The notes beneath the pieces were generated by a model. It made no database searches. It was given only the letters and a program-made list of their open reading frames with translations, and was not told the DNA's origin. From assembly GCA_046758505.1 (NCBI GenBank), contig JBHIAH010000058.1, forward strand, positions 1-16,166: a stretch of 16,166 bases of DNA, given 5' to 3'. Both the position numbers and the translations under genes were made by a program. The stretch comes from Candidatus Methylomirabilales bacterium. Lineage in GTDB: Bacteria > Methylomirabilota > Methylomirabilia > Methylomirabilales > CSP1-5. Shown here one piece after another: positions 1 through 8,623 of the stretch; the stretch's first letter is position 1, and each line of letters begins with the position of its first letter.

Positions 1-1
1 C

Positions 2-466
2 TTCTTCCAGCAAACCTTCTTCGGGGGGCGCGGGTTCGTCTTCGGCGGCGTCTTCATCATGGGGCCGGGGGGGTCGGTCTTCTCCAGAACCTTCCGCCGT
101 GAGCCTGCCGAACGGTTCCGCCATCGCCCGGTGGAACGACAGCCTGTGGAACGCCCCGCCCTGACCGGCAGCCTTCTCAAGGAGGCCGGACGCAAATTGA
201 GAACGTTTTTGACCAGCTTGGTGCGAGGCGACTGGATCAAGACCCAGGGAGCCGACCTCTCGGCGGAACTGTCGGTAACTACTGAAGAGGCGCGTCGGGG
301 GGCCAAGAAACCGATCACCATCCAGCGAAGCGGCGTGCGGGAAGAGCTCCTGGTCACCGTCCCTCCCGGCGTCCGGACCGGCACCCGCCTCCGTCTCAGG
401 GAGAAGGGGGCCTCCGGACCGCACGGAACACCCGGGGATCTTTATCTCACAATTCGAGTCGAATAG
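2..466 (+). CDS. DnaJ/CbpA-like co-chaperone, C-terminal part (5' truncated by window)
   Basis: The frame of ORF 59..466 stays open back to base 2 (FFQQTFFGGRGFVFGGVFIMGPGG, G/F-rich). It ends in a DnaJ C-terminal domain pattern: GADLSAELSVTTEEARRG...VTVPPGVRTGTRLRLREKG...PGDLYLTIRVE. Confidence 0.85.
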   Translation, partial: FFQQTFFGGRGFVFGGVFIMGPGGSVFSRTFRREPAERFRHRPVERQPVERPALTGSLLKEAGRKLRTFLTSLVRGDWIKTQGADLSAELSVTTEEARRGAKKPITIQRSGVREELLVTVPPGVRTGTRLRLREKGASGPHGTPGDLYLTIRVE

Positions 467-581
467 GCCCCCTAGGATTACTCCCCACCCTCCGCGGCAC
501 GGGGGCCTGCACTGCAATTTCGGGAAGGACGTTGGGAGGGCAAACACGCCGGCGCCCTCCAGGAGAGGCGAGGGGGGAACA

Positions 582-2060
582 ATGATTGAAGATAAGGACC
601 GGATCGTCCGGGAGCTTCAGCAGATCGTCGGCCCCGATGCCGTCATCCATGACAAGGATGAGCTCCTGGTGTACGAGTGCGACGGGGCGACCTTCTTCCG
701 AGCCCCGCCGGAAATCGTTGTCCTTCCCACCACTGCCCACGAAGTCGCAGAGATCGTCACGCTCTGTCATCGGGAGCGCCTCTCCTTTATCCCCCGGGGT
801 GCCGGGACCGGCCTCTCCGGCGGCGCCCTTGCCATCGAGGGAGGAATAATTATCGGGCTCAATCGGATGACGCGCATCCTCGACGTCGACATCCCGAACC
901 ACCGGGCCGTCGTGGAGCCGGGCGTGGTCAACGTCTGGCTCGCTCAACGGATCAGCGGGGATGGGTACTACTACGCCCCGGACCCGGCCAGTCAAACGGC
1001 CTGCACGATCGGAGGGAACGTGGCCGAGAATTCCGGTGGCGTACACACCCCCAAATACGGGGCCACCACGAACCACGTCCTCGCCCTGGAAGTGGTCCTG
1101 CCGAGCGGCGAAACCGTCGAGATCGGAGGAAAGGCCCTCGATCCTCCAGGCTATGATCTCGTCGGGGTCTTCGTCGGATCCGAAGGGACCTTCGGCATTG
1201 CCACCCGGGCCACCGTCCGGATCCTGCGCACGCCAGAGGCCGTGAAGACCCTGATGGGCATCTTTCACAATATCGAGGATGCCAGCAATGCCGTCTCCGG
1301 CGTGGTGGCCCGAGGGATCGTTCCAGCCAGCGTCGAGATGATGGACAACCTGACCATCCAGGCCGTGGAGAAGGGGGTGCAGGCGGGCTACCCCATGGAT
1401 GCGGGGGCCGTCCTCCTCGTGGAGCTGGACGGGCCCCGGGCCGAGGTCGAGGCGATGGGGGACCTTGTCGTGGAGGTGCTGAAGGCGCACCACGTCCGGG
1501 ACGTTCGCGTGGCCAAGGACGAGGCAGAGCGCCAGCTTCTCTGGAAGGGTCGGAAGGCCGCCCTGGCCGCGATGGGCCAGATCCGTCCGGACTGCTATCT
1601 TCAGGACGCCGTCATTCCCCGGACCAAGCTGCCTATCATCCTCAAGGAAATTGAAGCCCTCTCCAAGGAGTATGGCCTCCCGGTGGCGAATGTCCTGCAC
1701 GCCGGTGACGGCAACCTCCACCCCTTTATCCTCTATGACGGCCGCTACGAGGAGGAGATCCGGAAGGCGGAGGAGCTGGGGGGCAAGATCATGACGCGGT
1801 GCATCGAGATGGGAGGAAGCATCACCGGCGAGCACGGGGTCGGGTTGGAGAAGCAGGATTTCATGCCCCTCATGTATTCCGAAGACGATCTCGACGCCAT
1901 GATGAAGGTCAAGTGTGTCTTCAACCCGGACCAACTCCTCAACCCCGGCAAGATCTTCCCGACCTCCAAGTCCTGCGTCGAGGTGGGACGGCACATGCGG
2001 GACCACCTCCGCTACGAGCCCCATCGGATCGAAAAGGAAGGATTGGCCCAACGCTTTTAG
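582..2060 (+). CDS. glcD: Glycolate oxidase subunit GlcD-like FAD-linked oxidase, paralog 1 (492 aa)
   Basis: Motifs PRGAGTGLSGG, APDPAS-x2-ACTIGGNVAENSGG, GSEGTFGI, HAGDGNLHP, GSITGEHGVG-x-EK and FNPDQLLNPGKIFP. G-rich RBS (gaggggggaaca) before the ATG. Confidence 0.9.
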   Translation: MIEDKDRIVRELQQIVGPDAVIHDKDELLVYECDGATFFRAPPEIVVLPTTAHEVAEIVTLCHRERLSFIPRGAGTGLSGGALAIEGGIIIGLNRMTRILDVDIPNHRAVVEPGVVNVWLAQRISGDGYYYAPDPASQTACTIGGNVAENSGGVHTPKYGATTNHVLALEVVLPSGETVEIGGKALDPPGYDLVGVFVGSEGTFGIATRATVRILRTPEAVKTLMGIFHNIEDASNAVSGVVARGIVPASVEMMDNLTIQAVEKGVQAGYPMDAGAVLLVELDGPRAEVEAMGDLVVEVLKAHHVRDVRVAKDEAERQLLWKGRKAALAAMGQIRPDCYLQDAVIPRTKLPIILKEIEALSKEYGLPVANVLHAGDGNLHPFILYDGRYEEEIRKAEELGGKIMTRCIEMGGSITGEHGVGLEKQDFMPLMYSEDDLDAMMKVKCVFNPDQLLNPGKIFPTSKSCVEVGRHMRDHLRYEPHRIEKEGLAQRF

Positions 2061-2074
2061 GGGGCCACGGGTCG

Positions 2075-2272
2075 ATGGCCGATCATCGGGAACCGATGAG
2101 GGTCTCCATGCGGGGAGGACCAAACCCCCCGCGAGTCCGGGGGCCGGTCACGGGTCTCAGGCGAAGGGCGGAAAGTCAAGGGCGGTTTGATCCGGGCAAC
2201 ATCGTGAACCGGTGGAGCGACGACGCGCAAATTGTGGCCGTCGTCCGCGTGAGTAAACCCTCCCCGCCGTAA
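2075..2272 (+). pseudogene. Probable decayed remnant of a glcE-like FAD-linked oxidase gene
   Basis: ATG at 2075, just after the glcD1 stop. Bases 2172-2209 read K-V-K-(1-nt shift)-R-F-D-P-G-N-I-V-N, matching the family C-terminal KxxFDPxxxLNPG motif seen in all three intact oxidases here. Confidence 0.45.
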
Positions 2273-2329
2273 GGCCGTAAGTCGGTGGCATCTAGGCCTT
2301 TTCACCTGTCAGAACACTGAGAAAATCCC

Positions 2330-2359
2330 TTGACAACGCCCCTCGCACGATAGCATCAT
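2330..2359 (+). promoter_or_regulatory. Putative sigma70 promoter of glcD2-glcE-glcF
   Basis: Perfect TTGACA at 2330-2335. Candidate -10 boxes are TAGCAT (2351-2356, 15-nt spacer) or CATCAT (2354-2359, 18-nt spacer), in a locally AT-richer intergenic stretch about 90 nt before the start. Confidence 0.5.
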
Positions 2360-2445
2360 GATCAAAACGCAATTCTAGATTGTGATCCTCCTAAAGGGAT
2401 TAATGATGGCTTCCCGGCGAACGGAAGGGGGCAAGGGAGGGGGCG

Positions 2446-3900
2446 ATGATTCAGGACAAGGCACGGATCATCCGGGAGCTCGAACAGATCGTCAGACGGG
2501 ATGGGGTCGTCCACGAGGAGGACGAGCTCCGGGTGTACGAGACTGATGGCCTGACGATCTTCAAGGCCATGCCGGATGCGGTGGTGCTGCCGACCACGGC
2601 CGAGCAGGTGGCGGCGCTGGTCACGTTCTGCCAGCGGGAGAAAATCCATTACGTGGCACGGGGCTCGGGGACGGGCCTTTCGGGCGGTGCCCTCCCCCTC
2701 GAGGGGGGGATCATGGTCGGGATGAACCGGATGAATCGTATCCTCGAGCTGGATTTCGACAATCACCGGGCGGTAGTAGAGCCCGGGATGGTCAATGTGT
2801 GGCTCACCAATGCCGTGGCCGCGCGCGGGTACTATTACGCCCCGGACCCGGCGAGCCAGATCGCCTGCTCGATCGGCGGTAACGTATCGGAGAACTCCGG
2901 AGGGGTCCGCACCCCGAAATACGGCGTCACCACCAACCACGTGATGGGCGTCGAGGTGATCCTGCCCAACGGGGAACGCGTCCAGCTCGGCGGGAAAACC
3001 GTCGATGCACCCGGCTATGACCTGCTTGGCGTCTTCGTCGGCTCGGAGGGAACCTTTGGCATCGTCACGAAAGTGATCGTCCGTCTCATGCGGAAGCCGG
3101 AGGCGGTCAAGACCCTGATGGCCGTCTTCGAAAACATGGAAGACGCATCCAATACAGTCTCTGGCGTTGTGGCGGCGGGGATCATCCCGGTCTCCATGGA
3201 GATGATGGATAACAATAGCATTCTGGCGGTGGAGAAGGGGGTGAAGGCGGGCTACCCCCTGGACGCGGGGGCGGTGCTCGTCATCGAGGTGGACGGGCCC
3301 CGGGCCGAGGTCGAGGCCCTGGTCGACCCCATCAGGGACATCTGCAAAAAGAACCACGTCCGCGAGGTCCGCGTGGCCAAGGACGCCGCCGAGCGAGACT
3401 TGTTGTGGAAGGGGAGAAAGGCCGCCTTCGCCGCCATGGGCCACATCAGTCCCGACTACTACGTCCAGGACGCGGTCATCCCTCGGACAAAGCTTCCCCA
3501 GATCATGCAGCAGATCAGCGAGCTGAGCGAACAGTACGGGCTCCAGGTGGCCAATGTGTTCCACGCGGGCGACGGGAACCTCCACCCGCTGATCCTGTAC
3601 GATTACAGAAACGAAGGCGAGCTCCACAAGGCAGAAGAGATGGGGGCCAAGATCATGAAGGCCTGCATCAGCATGGGGGGGAGCATTACGGGCGAGCACG
3701 GGGTCGGTCGAGAGAAGCGGGATTATATGCCCCTCATGTACACCGAGGACGATCTGGAGGCCATGAAAAAGGTCAAGAAGGTCTTCAACCCCGATGGGGT
3801 GCTGAACCCCGGGAAGATCTTCCCGGTCGCCACACCAGATGTCAAGGCCGGACCGAGGGGGCAGCGCGGTATCGTGGACAAGGTCGTCGGGCAGATGTAG
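2446..3900 (+). CDS. glcD: Glycolate oxidase subunit GlcD-like FAD-linked oxidase, paralog 2 (484 aa)
   Basis: Motifs ARGSGTGLSGG, APDPASQIACSIGGNVSENSGG, NVFHAGDGNLHPLILYD and GSITGEHGVGREK. RBS ggaggggg. Immediately followed by glcE and glcF. Confidence 0.92.
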   Translation: MIQDKARIIRELEQIVRRDGVVHEEDELRVYETDGLTIFKAMPDAVVLPTTAEQVAALVTFCQREKIHYVARGSGTGLSGGALPLEGGIMVGMNRMNRILELDFDNHRAVVEPGMVNVWLTNAVAARGYYYAPDPASQIACSIGGNVSENSGGVRTPKYGVTTNHVMGVEVILPNGERVQLGGKTVDAPGYDLLGVFVGSEGTFGIVTKVIVRLMRKPEAVKTLMAVFENMEDASNTVSGVVAAGIIPVSMEMMDNNSILAVEKGVKAGYPLDAGAVLVIEVDGPRAEVEALVDPIRDICKKNHVREVRVAKDAAERDLLWKGRKAAFAAMGHISPDYYVQDAVIPRTKLPQIMQQISELSEQYGLQVANVFHAGDGNLHPLILYDYRNEGELHKAEEMGAKIMKACISMGGSITGEHGVGREKRDYMPLMYTEDDLEAMKKVKKVFNPDGVLNPGKIFPVATPDVKAGPRGQRGIVDKVVGQM

Positions 3901-3909
3901 GAGGCGATC

Positions 3910-5259
3910 ATGCTCTCAGCGGATACCTTGGTTCAACGCCTCGGCACCCTGGTGGGTCCGGATCACGTCGTGGCGGGCCCGAACGTATCGGAGTACGCCG
4001 TGGACGACAAAGTCCCCACGGCCGTCACCTTCCCGGGCTCGGCGGAGGAGATTTCGGCGGTGTTGGCCTTCGCCTCGGCGGAAGGCCTCAAGGTCGCTCC
4101 CTGGGGAAGCGGCACCAAGACCTCCCTGGGCGGCATCCCCGAGCGGGTGGATCTCGTTCTCGGCCTTCGCCGCCTCAGCGAACTGGTCGACTACGTGCCG
4201 GAAGACATGACGGCAACGTTCCAAGGGGGGACTCCCCTGAAGGATGCCCAGACAATCCTGGGCCAGAAGGGGCAGTGGATTGCCCTCGATCCACCGTACG
4301 GCGAGCGGGCCACCATCGGTGGAGTCCTGGCCACGAATTCGAGTGGCCCGAGGCGACTGCGCTACGGAGCGGCTCGCGACTTTCTGATCGCCATCAGGGT
4401 GGTTCACGCGGACGGCACGATCACGAAGGGCGGCGCCAAGACCGTCAAGAACGTGACCGGCTATGACATGCCCAAGCTCTATATCGGCTCCCTGGGCACC
4501 TTGGGGATCATCGTCGAGGCGACGTTCCGCCTCTATCCCTTTCCCCCCACAGAGAAGACGTACCTCGCCAGCTTTCCGACCGTCCAGGCCCAGCAGGGCG
4601 TGGTGACCACCCTCCTCGATTCTACCCTCGTTCCCAATGCCGTGGAGCTGCTCAACCCGGCGGCAGGTCGGCAGGTCGCCGCGCAGGCGGGGCTGCCGTG
4701 GCCGGAGGGGAGCTACGGGCTCGCCGTGGCGGTGGGCAGCGTTCCCGAAGCGGTGCAGGCCCAGCTCGCGGCGGCGGCAAAGCTCTGCACCGACGGGGGA
4801 GGCCGTCCGGGCAGCGAGCTGGACGGCACGACCCACCGAACCTTCTGGCAGGCCGTTCGGGATTTTTCCCTGGGCGATGGCCACCGGGCGGTGCTGAAGG
4901 CGAGCGTCCTCCTGACGCACGTGGGCGAGGCAGTCAGGCGGGGGGAGGCGGCAGTGGCCAAGTCTGGACTCAGCCTTGGCATCATTGCCGAGGCTGGCTC
5001 CGGGATCGTCCGCTATTACCTCAGTGGCGATCAGCCCCAGCGGTTTCGGCAGGGCCTCGTCGAGGCCGTGAACGCCCTCAGAACCTTTGCGCAAGAGACC
5101 GGGGGAAGCCTCGTCGTCCTGGAGGCCCCTCCTGAGGCCAAGACCCACCTGGACGTCTGGGGATCTGTCGGCAATACGCTTCCCCTGATGCAGGGGCTCA
5201 AAGAGCAATTCGATCCACAGCGGACGTTGAACCCCGGACGGTTCGTAGGGAGGCTTTGA
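3910..5259 (+). CDS. glcE: Glycolate oxidase FAD-binding subunit GlcE (449 aa)
   Basis: Motifs ATIGGVLATNSSGPRRLRYG, GGAKTVKNVTGYDMPKLYIGSLGTLGII and C-terminal LKEQFDPQRTLNPGRF. Lacks the HAGDGN/GEHG motifs, as is typical of GlcE. RBS aggagg; lies between glcD and glcF. Confidence 0.9.
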   Translation: MLSADTLVQRLGTLVGPDHVVAGPNVSEYAVDDKVPTAVTFPGSAEEISAVLAFASAEGLKVAPWGSGTKTSLGGIPERVDLVLGLRRLSELVDYVPEDMTATFQGGTPLKDAQTILGQKGQWIALDPPYGERATIGGVLATNSSGPRRLRYGAARDFLIAIRVVHADGTITKGGAKTVKNVTGYDMPKLYIGSLGTLGIIVEATFRLYPFPPTEKTYLASFPTVQAQQGVVTTLLDSTLVPNAVELLNPAAGRQVAAQAGLPWPEGSYGLAVAVGSVPEAVQAQLAAAAKLCTDGGGRPGSELDGTTHRTFWQAVRDFSLGDGHRAVLKASVLLTHVGEAVRRGEAAVAKSGLSLGIIAEAGSGIVRYYLSGDQPQRFRQGLVEAVNALRTFAQETGGSLVVLEAPPEAKTHLDVWGSVGNTLPLMQGLKEQFDPQRTLNPGRFVGRL

Positions 5260-5260
5260 A

Positions 5261-6589
5261 ATGGCGCAGCCGGCGACGGAGCAGACCAGGACGAGCGGGT
5301 TCGACCACATTGATCCACCCGACACCGAAATCTACCTTGACTGCGTGCACTGTGGCTTTTGCCTCCCCACGTGTCCGACCTACCTCGTCCTGGGAAACGA
5401 AATGGACAACCCGCGGGGTCGGATCTACCTCATGCGGGCGGTCGCCGAAGGGAAGGCCAAGATCACTGACAACTTTGTTGAGCACATGAATCTGTGCTTA
5501 CTGTGCCGGGCGTGTGAGACCGCCTGTCCCTCTACGGTCAAGTTCGGCTTCATCATGGAGGCGGCGCGGGGACAGATCGAGCGAAACTACCAGTACCCCC
5601 CGTCGGAGCAGCGTTTCCGGAAATCCGTCCTCCATCGGTTCACCAACGTGGATCGCTTGAGCGCCCTCACCCCCCTGCTCCGCCTCTACCAGCGCTCCGG
5701 CCTCCAGACGTTCGTCCGGGCCTCCGGACTGTTAGGCCTCTTTGGTCGCGTGGGAAAGATGGAAGCGCTCTTGCCCACGATCCCGGACCAGCGGCTGCGC
5801 ACGGAGCTCCCCGAGCTGATGCCCGCCAAGGGCCAGAAGCGGGGGCGGGTCGGGCTCCTCGCGGGCTGCGCCCAGCGGTTCTTCCTGCCTCAGGTCAATG
5901 CGGCGACGGCACGGGTGCTAGCCGAGAACGGGTTCGACGTGGTCACCCCGAGGGAGCAGGGGTGCTGCGGCTCGCTCCTCGTACACGAGGGAGAGCGGGA
6001 GGAGGGAAAGGCGCTGGCGCGCAAGACCATTGATGCCTTCGAGCGGGCCGGCGTCGACTGTATCGTGGTGAACGCCGCGGGGTGTGGCTCGGTCATGAAG
6101 GAGTACTGGGAGCTGCTCCACACGGACCCGGCCTACCGCGAAAAGGCCGAGGCCTTCAGTACAAAGGTGCGGGATGCCTCGGAGTTTCTCGCCCAAGCCG
6201 ACTTGAACGGGCGACTCCGCGAGCTCAAACTCAAGGTCACCTACCACGATGCGTGCCACCTCGCCCACGGCCAAAAGGTGCGGCAACAGCCCAGAAAGAT
6301 CCTCACGGCCATCCCCGGGCTTCAGCTCGTCGAGCTGGTCGAATCGGACTTCTGCTGCGGCAGCGCCGGGGTCTATAATCTCTTCTTCCCTGATGTCGCC
6401 CAGAAGTTCCTGGACCGGAAGATCGATCGGATTCAAGAAACGGGGGCCCAGGTGGTGGTGAGCGCGAACCCCGGCTGCACCTTCCAGATCGAACGAGGGC
6501 TCAAACAGCGAGGCCTCAATATCCGGGTCCTCCACCCCATGGAGCTGCTCGACGCGGCCTATCGCGGCGAGATGCCACCGCGCGCCTAA
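5261..6589 (+). CDS. glcF: Glycolate oxidase iron-sulfur subunit GlcF (442 aa)
   Basis: Two 4Fe-4S motifs (CVHCGFCLPTCPT, CLLCRACETACPS) and two CCG domains (QGCCG, NAAGCG; YHDACHLAHGQ, FCCGSAG, SANPGC). Starts 1 nt after the glcE stop. Confidence 0.93.
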   Translation: MAQPATEQTRTSGFDHIDPPDTEIYLDCVHCGFCLPTCPTYLVLGNEMDNPRGRIYLMRAVAEGKAKITDNFVEHMNLCLLCRACETACPSTVKFGFIMEAARGQIERNYQYPPSEQRFRKSVLHRFTNVDRLSALTPLLRLYQRSGLQTFVRASGLLGLFGRVGKMEALLPTIPDQRLRTELPELMPAKGQKRGRVGLLAGCAQRFFLPQVNAATARVLAENGFDVVTPREQGCCGSLLVHEGEREEGKALARKTIDAFERAGVDCIVVNAAGCGSVMKEYWELLHTDPAYREKAEAFSTKVRDASEFLAQADLNGRLRELKLKVTYHDACHLAHGQKVRQQPRKILTAIPGLQLVELVESDFCCGSAGVYNLFFPDVAQKFLDRKIDRIQETGAQVVVSANPGCTFQIERGLKQRGLNIRVLHPMELLDAAYRGEMPPRA

Positions 6590-6669
6590 ATCACCAGAAT
6601 ACGTCAACGCGGCGTGGTAGGCCAAAGTAGTTCCGCGGCAGGGACAGGTGCAGGATAGGAGCGAGCTGA

Positions 6670-6969
6670 GTGCACCCAAAGAGCGGCACGGCGTTTCGGG
6701 AAATGGACCTCTCGCAGGTGGTGTCCCGGGGCACCACCGCGATCACGTTTCGCTATCGCATTACAAGCCCGGGAGATGGGGTACCGCCGCTGGCCTGGCT
6801 GGCCGATAATCCCCGCGGAGAGAACCCCGTTCGGCTTATGGAGCCTGCCGGCCAGGTCACCCTCCGGTTTCGGACCTCCCAAAAGCTGTACTACGATCTC
6901 GGCGATCCCCACCTGCACCTGAATCTGTGGATCGTCGAGTACGACGAGTTGAAAAAGCATTCCTGTTGA
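6670..6969 (+). CDS. Hypothetical protein, 99 aa
   Basis: GTG start preceded by aggag. Third codon positions are mostly G/C like the neighbouring genes, the composition is protein-like and beta-strand rich, and it fills an intergenic gap. No family recognised. Confidence 0.6.
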   Translation: MHPKSGTAFREMDLSQVVSRGTTAITFRYRITSPGDGVPPLAWLADNPRGENPVRLMEPAGQVTLRFRTSQKLYYDLGDPHLHLNLWIVEYDELKKHSC

Positions 6970-7075
6970 GAGCCCACCAGGCGATCCCCTCGGCACCCCT
7001 GGCCAAACCCAACTTCCATCAGCCAAGAACATGTAATCGGAGATCCCGCTGAACGGGCCCCTTGTAATTCTCCAC

Positions 7076-7091
7076 AAAGGCTCGGGCCTTT
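7076..7091. terminator. Possible weak bidirectional terminator hairpin between the convergent blocks
   Basis: AAAGGC-TCGG-GCCTTT inverted repeat. The stem is short and the U tails are poor. Confidence 0.25.
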
Positions 7092-7252
7092 CCCTCATCC
7101 GTATCGCGGTAACACTTTAAGACACCGCCATTTTTCCGGCTGAACTGGTCGATCACCTCATGGCCCAAGGTGAGCAATCTCCACGCGCATGCATGATTTC
7201 AGGCTCTCGAAAGCCGCTAGCAAAACCTCGACCTGCCATTTACCCGCGCCAT

Positions 7253-8620
7253 TCAGTGGCCGTACACCAGGCGCGGGAGCCAAAGGATAATCTCAGGGAA
7301 AAGCACACAGATGGCAAGTCCCAGTGCCTGGATGAACAGGAAGGGGATCGCCGAGCGGAAAATGATTCCCATGGTGATCTCCGGCGGGGCCACACTCTTG
7401 AGGTAAAACAGGGCGTAGCCGAACGGCGGACTCAGGAACGACATCTGCATGTTGACCATGTACACAACACCGAACCAGAGCGGCACCTCTTTCGGCGCTA
7501 CGCCGGGAAGGCCGAATACGCCGTCCCAGGGAAGCGTTAACGCCAGTGGGACGAAGATGGGCACGGCCAGGAACAGGATGCCGACCCAATCCACGAACAT
7601 CCCCAGGATGATCAAGGTGACCATCATGATCAGGAGGATGCCGTACGGGCCGAGGCCCGTCCCGACGAGGGTCTCGACAACGAACTCCTGGCCGCCGTTG
7701 ACAATGTAGAAGCCCACGAAGATGCTCGCCCCGAAGATGATCCACAGCACCATCGCAGAGGCCCTGAGGGTCACGATCGCGGCACTCTCGATGGCCTGCC
7801 AGCTGAGCCGCCGGTGCAGGGCGGATACCACGAGGGCGCCGAAGGTCCCGATGCCCGCCGCCTCCACGGGCGTGGCCACGCCGGTGAAGATGACGCCCAG
7901 CACCAGCACGATCAGGATGACCGGTGCGACGATGCCCTGCAGGAGGCGGATCTTTTCCCGCCAGCTCACCCGCTCCTCGGGCGGGATCGCCGGGCCCATG
8001 GCCGGGTTCAGATAGCAGCGGGTGGTGACGTAGAGGATGTACATGCCGGAAAGCAGCAGGCCCGGAAAGACCGAGCCGATGAAAAGCTCCCCCACCGATT
8101 GCTGGGCCACCACGGCGAAGAGGATAGCCAGGATCGATGGGGGGATAAGAATACCCAAGGTGCCCCCAGAAAGGATGGAGCCGCACGCCAGCTCGGGGTC
8201 GTAGTTGCGCTTCAGCATGGCCGGCAGCGCGATGATACCCATCGTGACCTCGGTCGCCCCGATCACCCCGACCATCGCGGCCAGGATGGTCGAAGCGATG
8301 ATGGCGGACGCGGCCAGGCCACCCCGCAGGCCGCCCAGGATCCTGTAGACCAGGTCGAACAGCTCTTCGATCACCCCCGCCCGCTCCAGCATCGCGGCCA
8401 TAAAGATGAAGAGGGGGATGGCCGAGAGCTGATAATCCGTCATGAAAGGAAAGATGCGCGACGGGAGGATGTTGACCATCGCTGCGTCGCCGAAAAGAAA
8501 CAGGAAGAGGACGCCGAGGCCGCCCGTCACGAACGCCAGGGGGAGCCCGGCCATGAGCAGGATCACCAGTGAACCGAACAAAAGAACGGTGAGCCATCCG
8601 ATGCTGATCTCCAAGCCCAC
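7253..8620 (-). CDS. dctM: TRAP transporter large permease subunit, system 1 (455 aa)
   Basis: Polytopic hydrophobic protein with AIPLFIFMAAMLERAG, GGTLGILIPPSI, GVATPVEAAGIG and QMSFLSPPFGYALFYLK. Confidence 0.95.
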   Translation of the reverse strand: MGLEISIGWLTVLLFGSLVILLMAGLPLAFVTGGLGVLFLFLFGDAAMVNILPSRIFPFMTDYQLSAIPLFIFMAAMLERAGVIEELFDLVYRILGGLRGGLAASAIIASTILAAMVGVIGATEVTMGIIALPAMLKRNYDPELACGSILSGGTLGILIPPSILAILFAVVAQQSVGELFIGSVFPGLLLSGMYILYVTTRCYLNPAMGPAIPPEERVSWREKIRLLQGIVAPVILIVLVLGVIFTGVATPVEAAGIGTFGALVVSALHRRLSWQAIESAAIVTLRASAMVLWIIFGASIFVGFYIVNGGQEFVVETLVGTGLGPYGILLIMMVTLIILGMFVDWVGILFLAVPIFVPLALTLPWDGVFGLPGVAPKEVPLWFGVVYMVNMQMSFLSPPFGYALFYLKSVAPPEITMGIIFRSAIPFLFIQALGLAICVLFPEIILWLPRLVYGH

Positions 8621-8623
8621 CGC

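Noticed and set aside
582..3900. glcD duplication as an assembly artefact
   Set aside because: The copies differ throughout at synonymous and non-synonymous sites and have different tails and flanks.
447..6679. Long minus-strand ORFs (447..2123, 2362..3699, 3916..5325, 5918..6679)
   Set aside because: Antisense shadows of glcD, glcD, glcE and glcF, expected from high-GC codon bias; no recognisable motifs.
6604..7098. 164-aa minus-strand ORF
   Set aside because: Antisense to the better-supported 6670..6969 ORF, which has an RBS and host-like codon usage.
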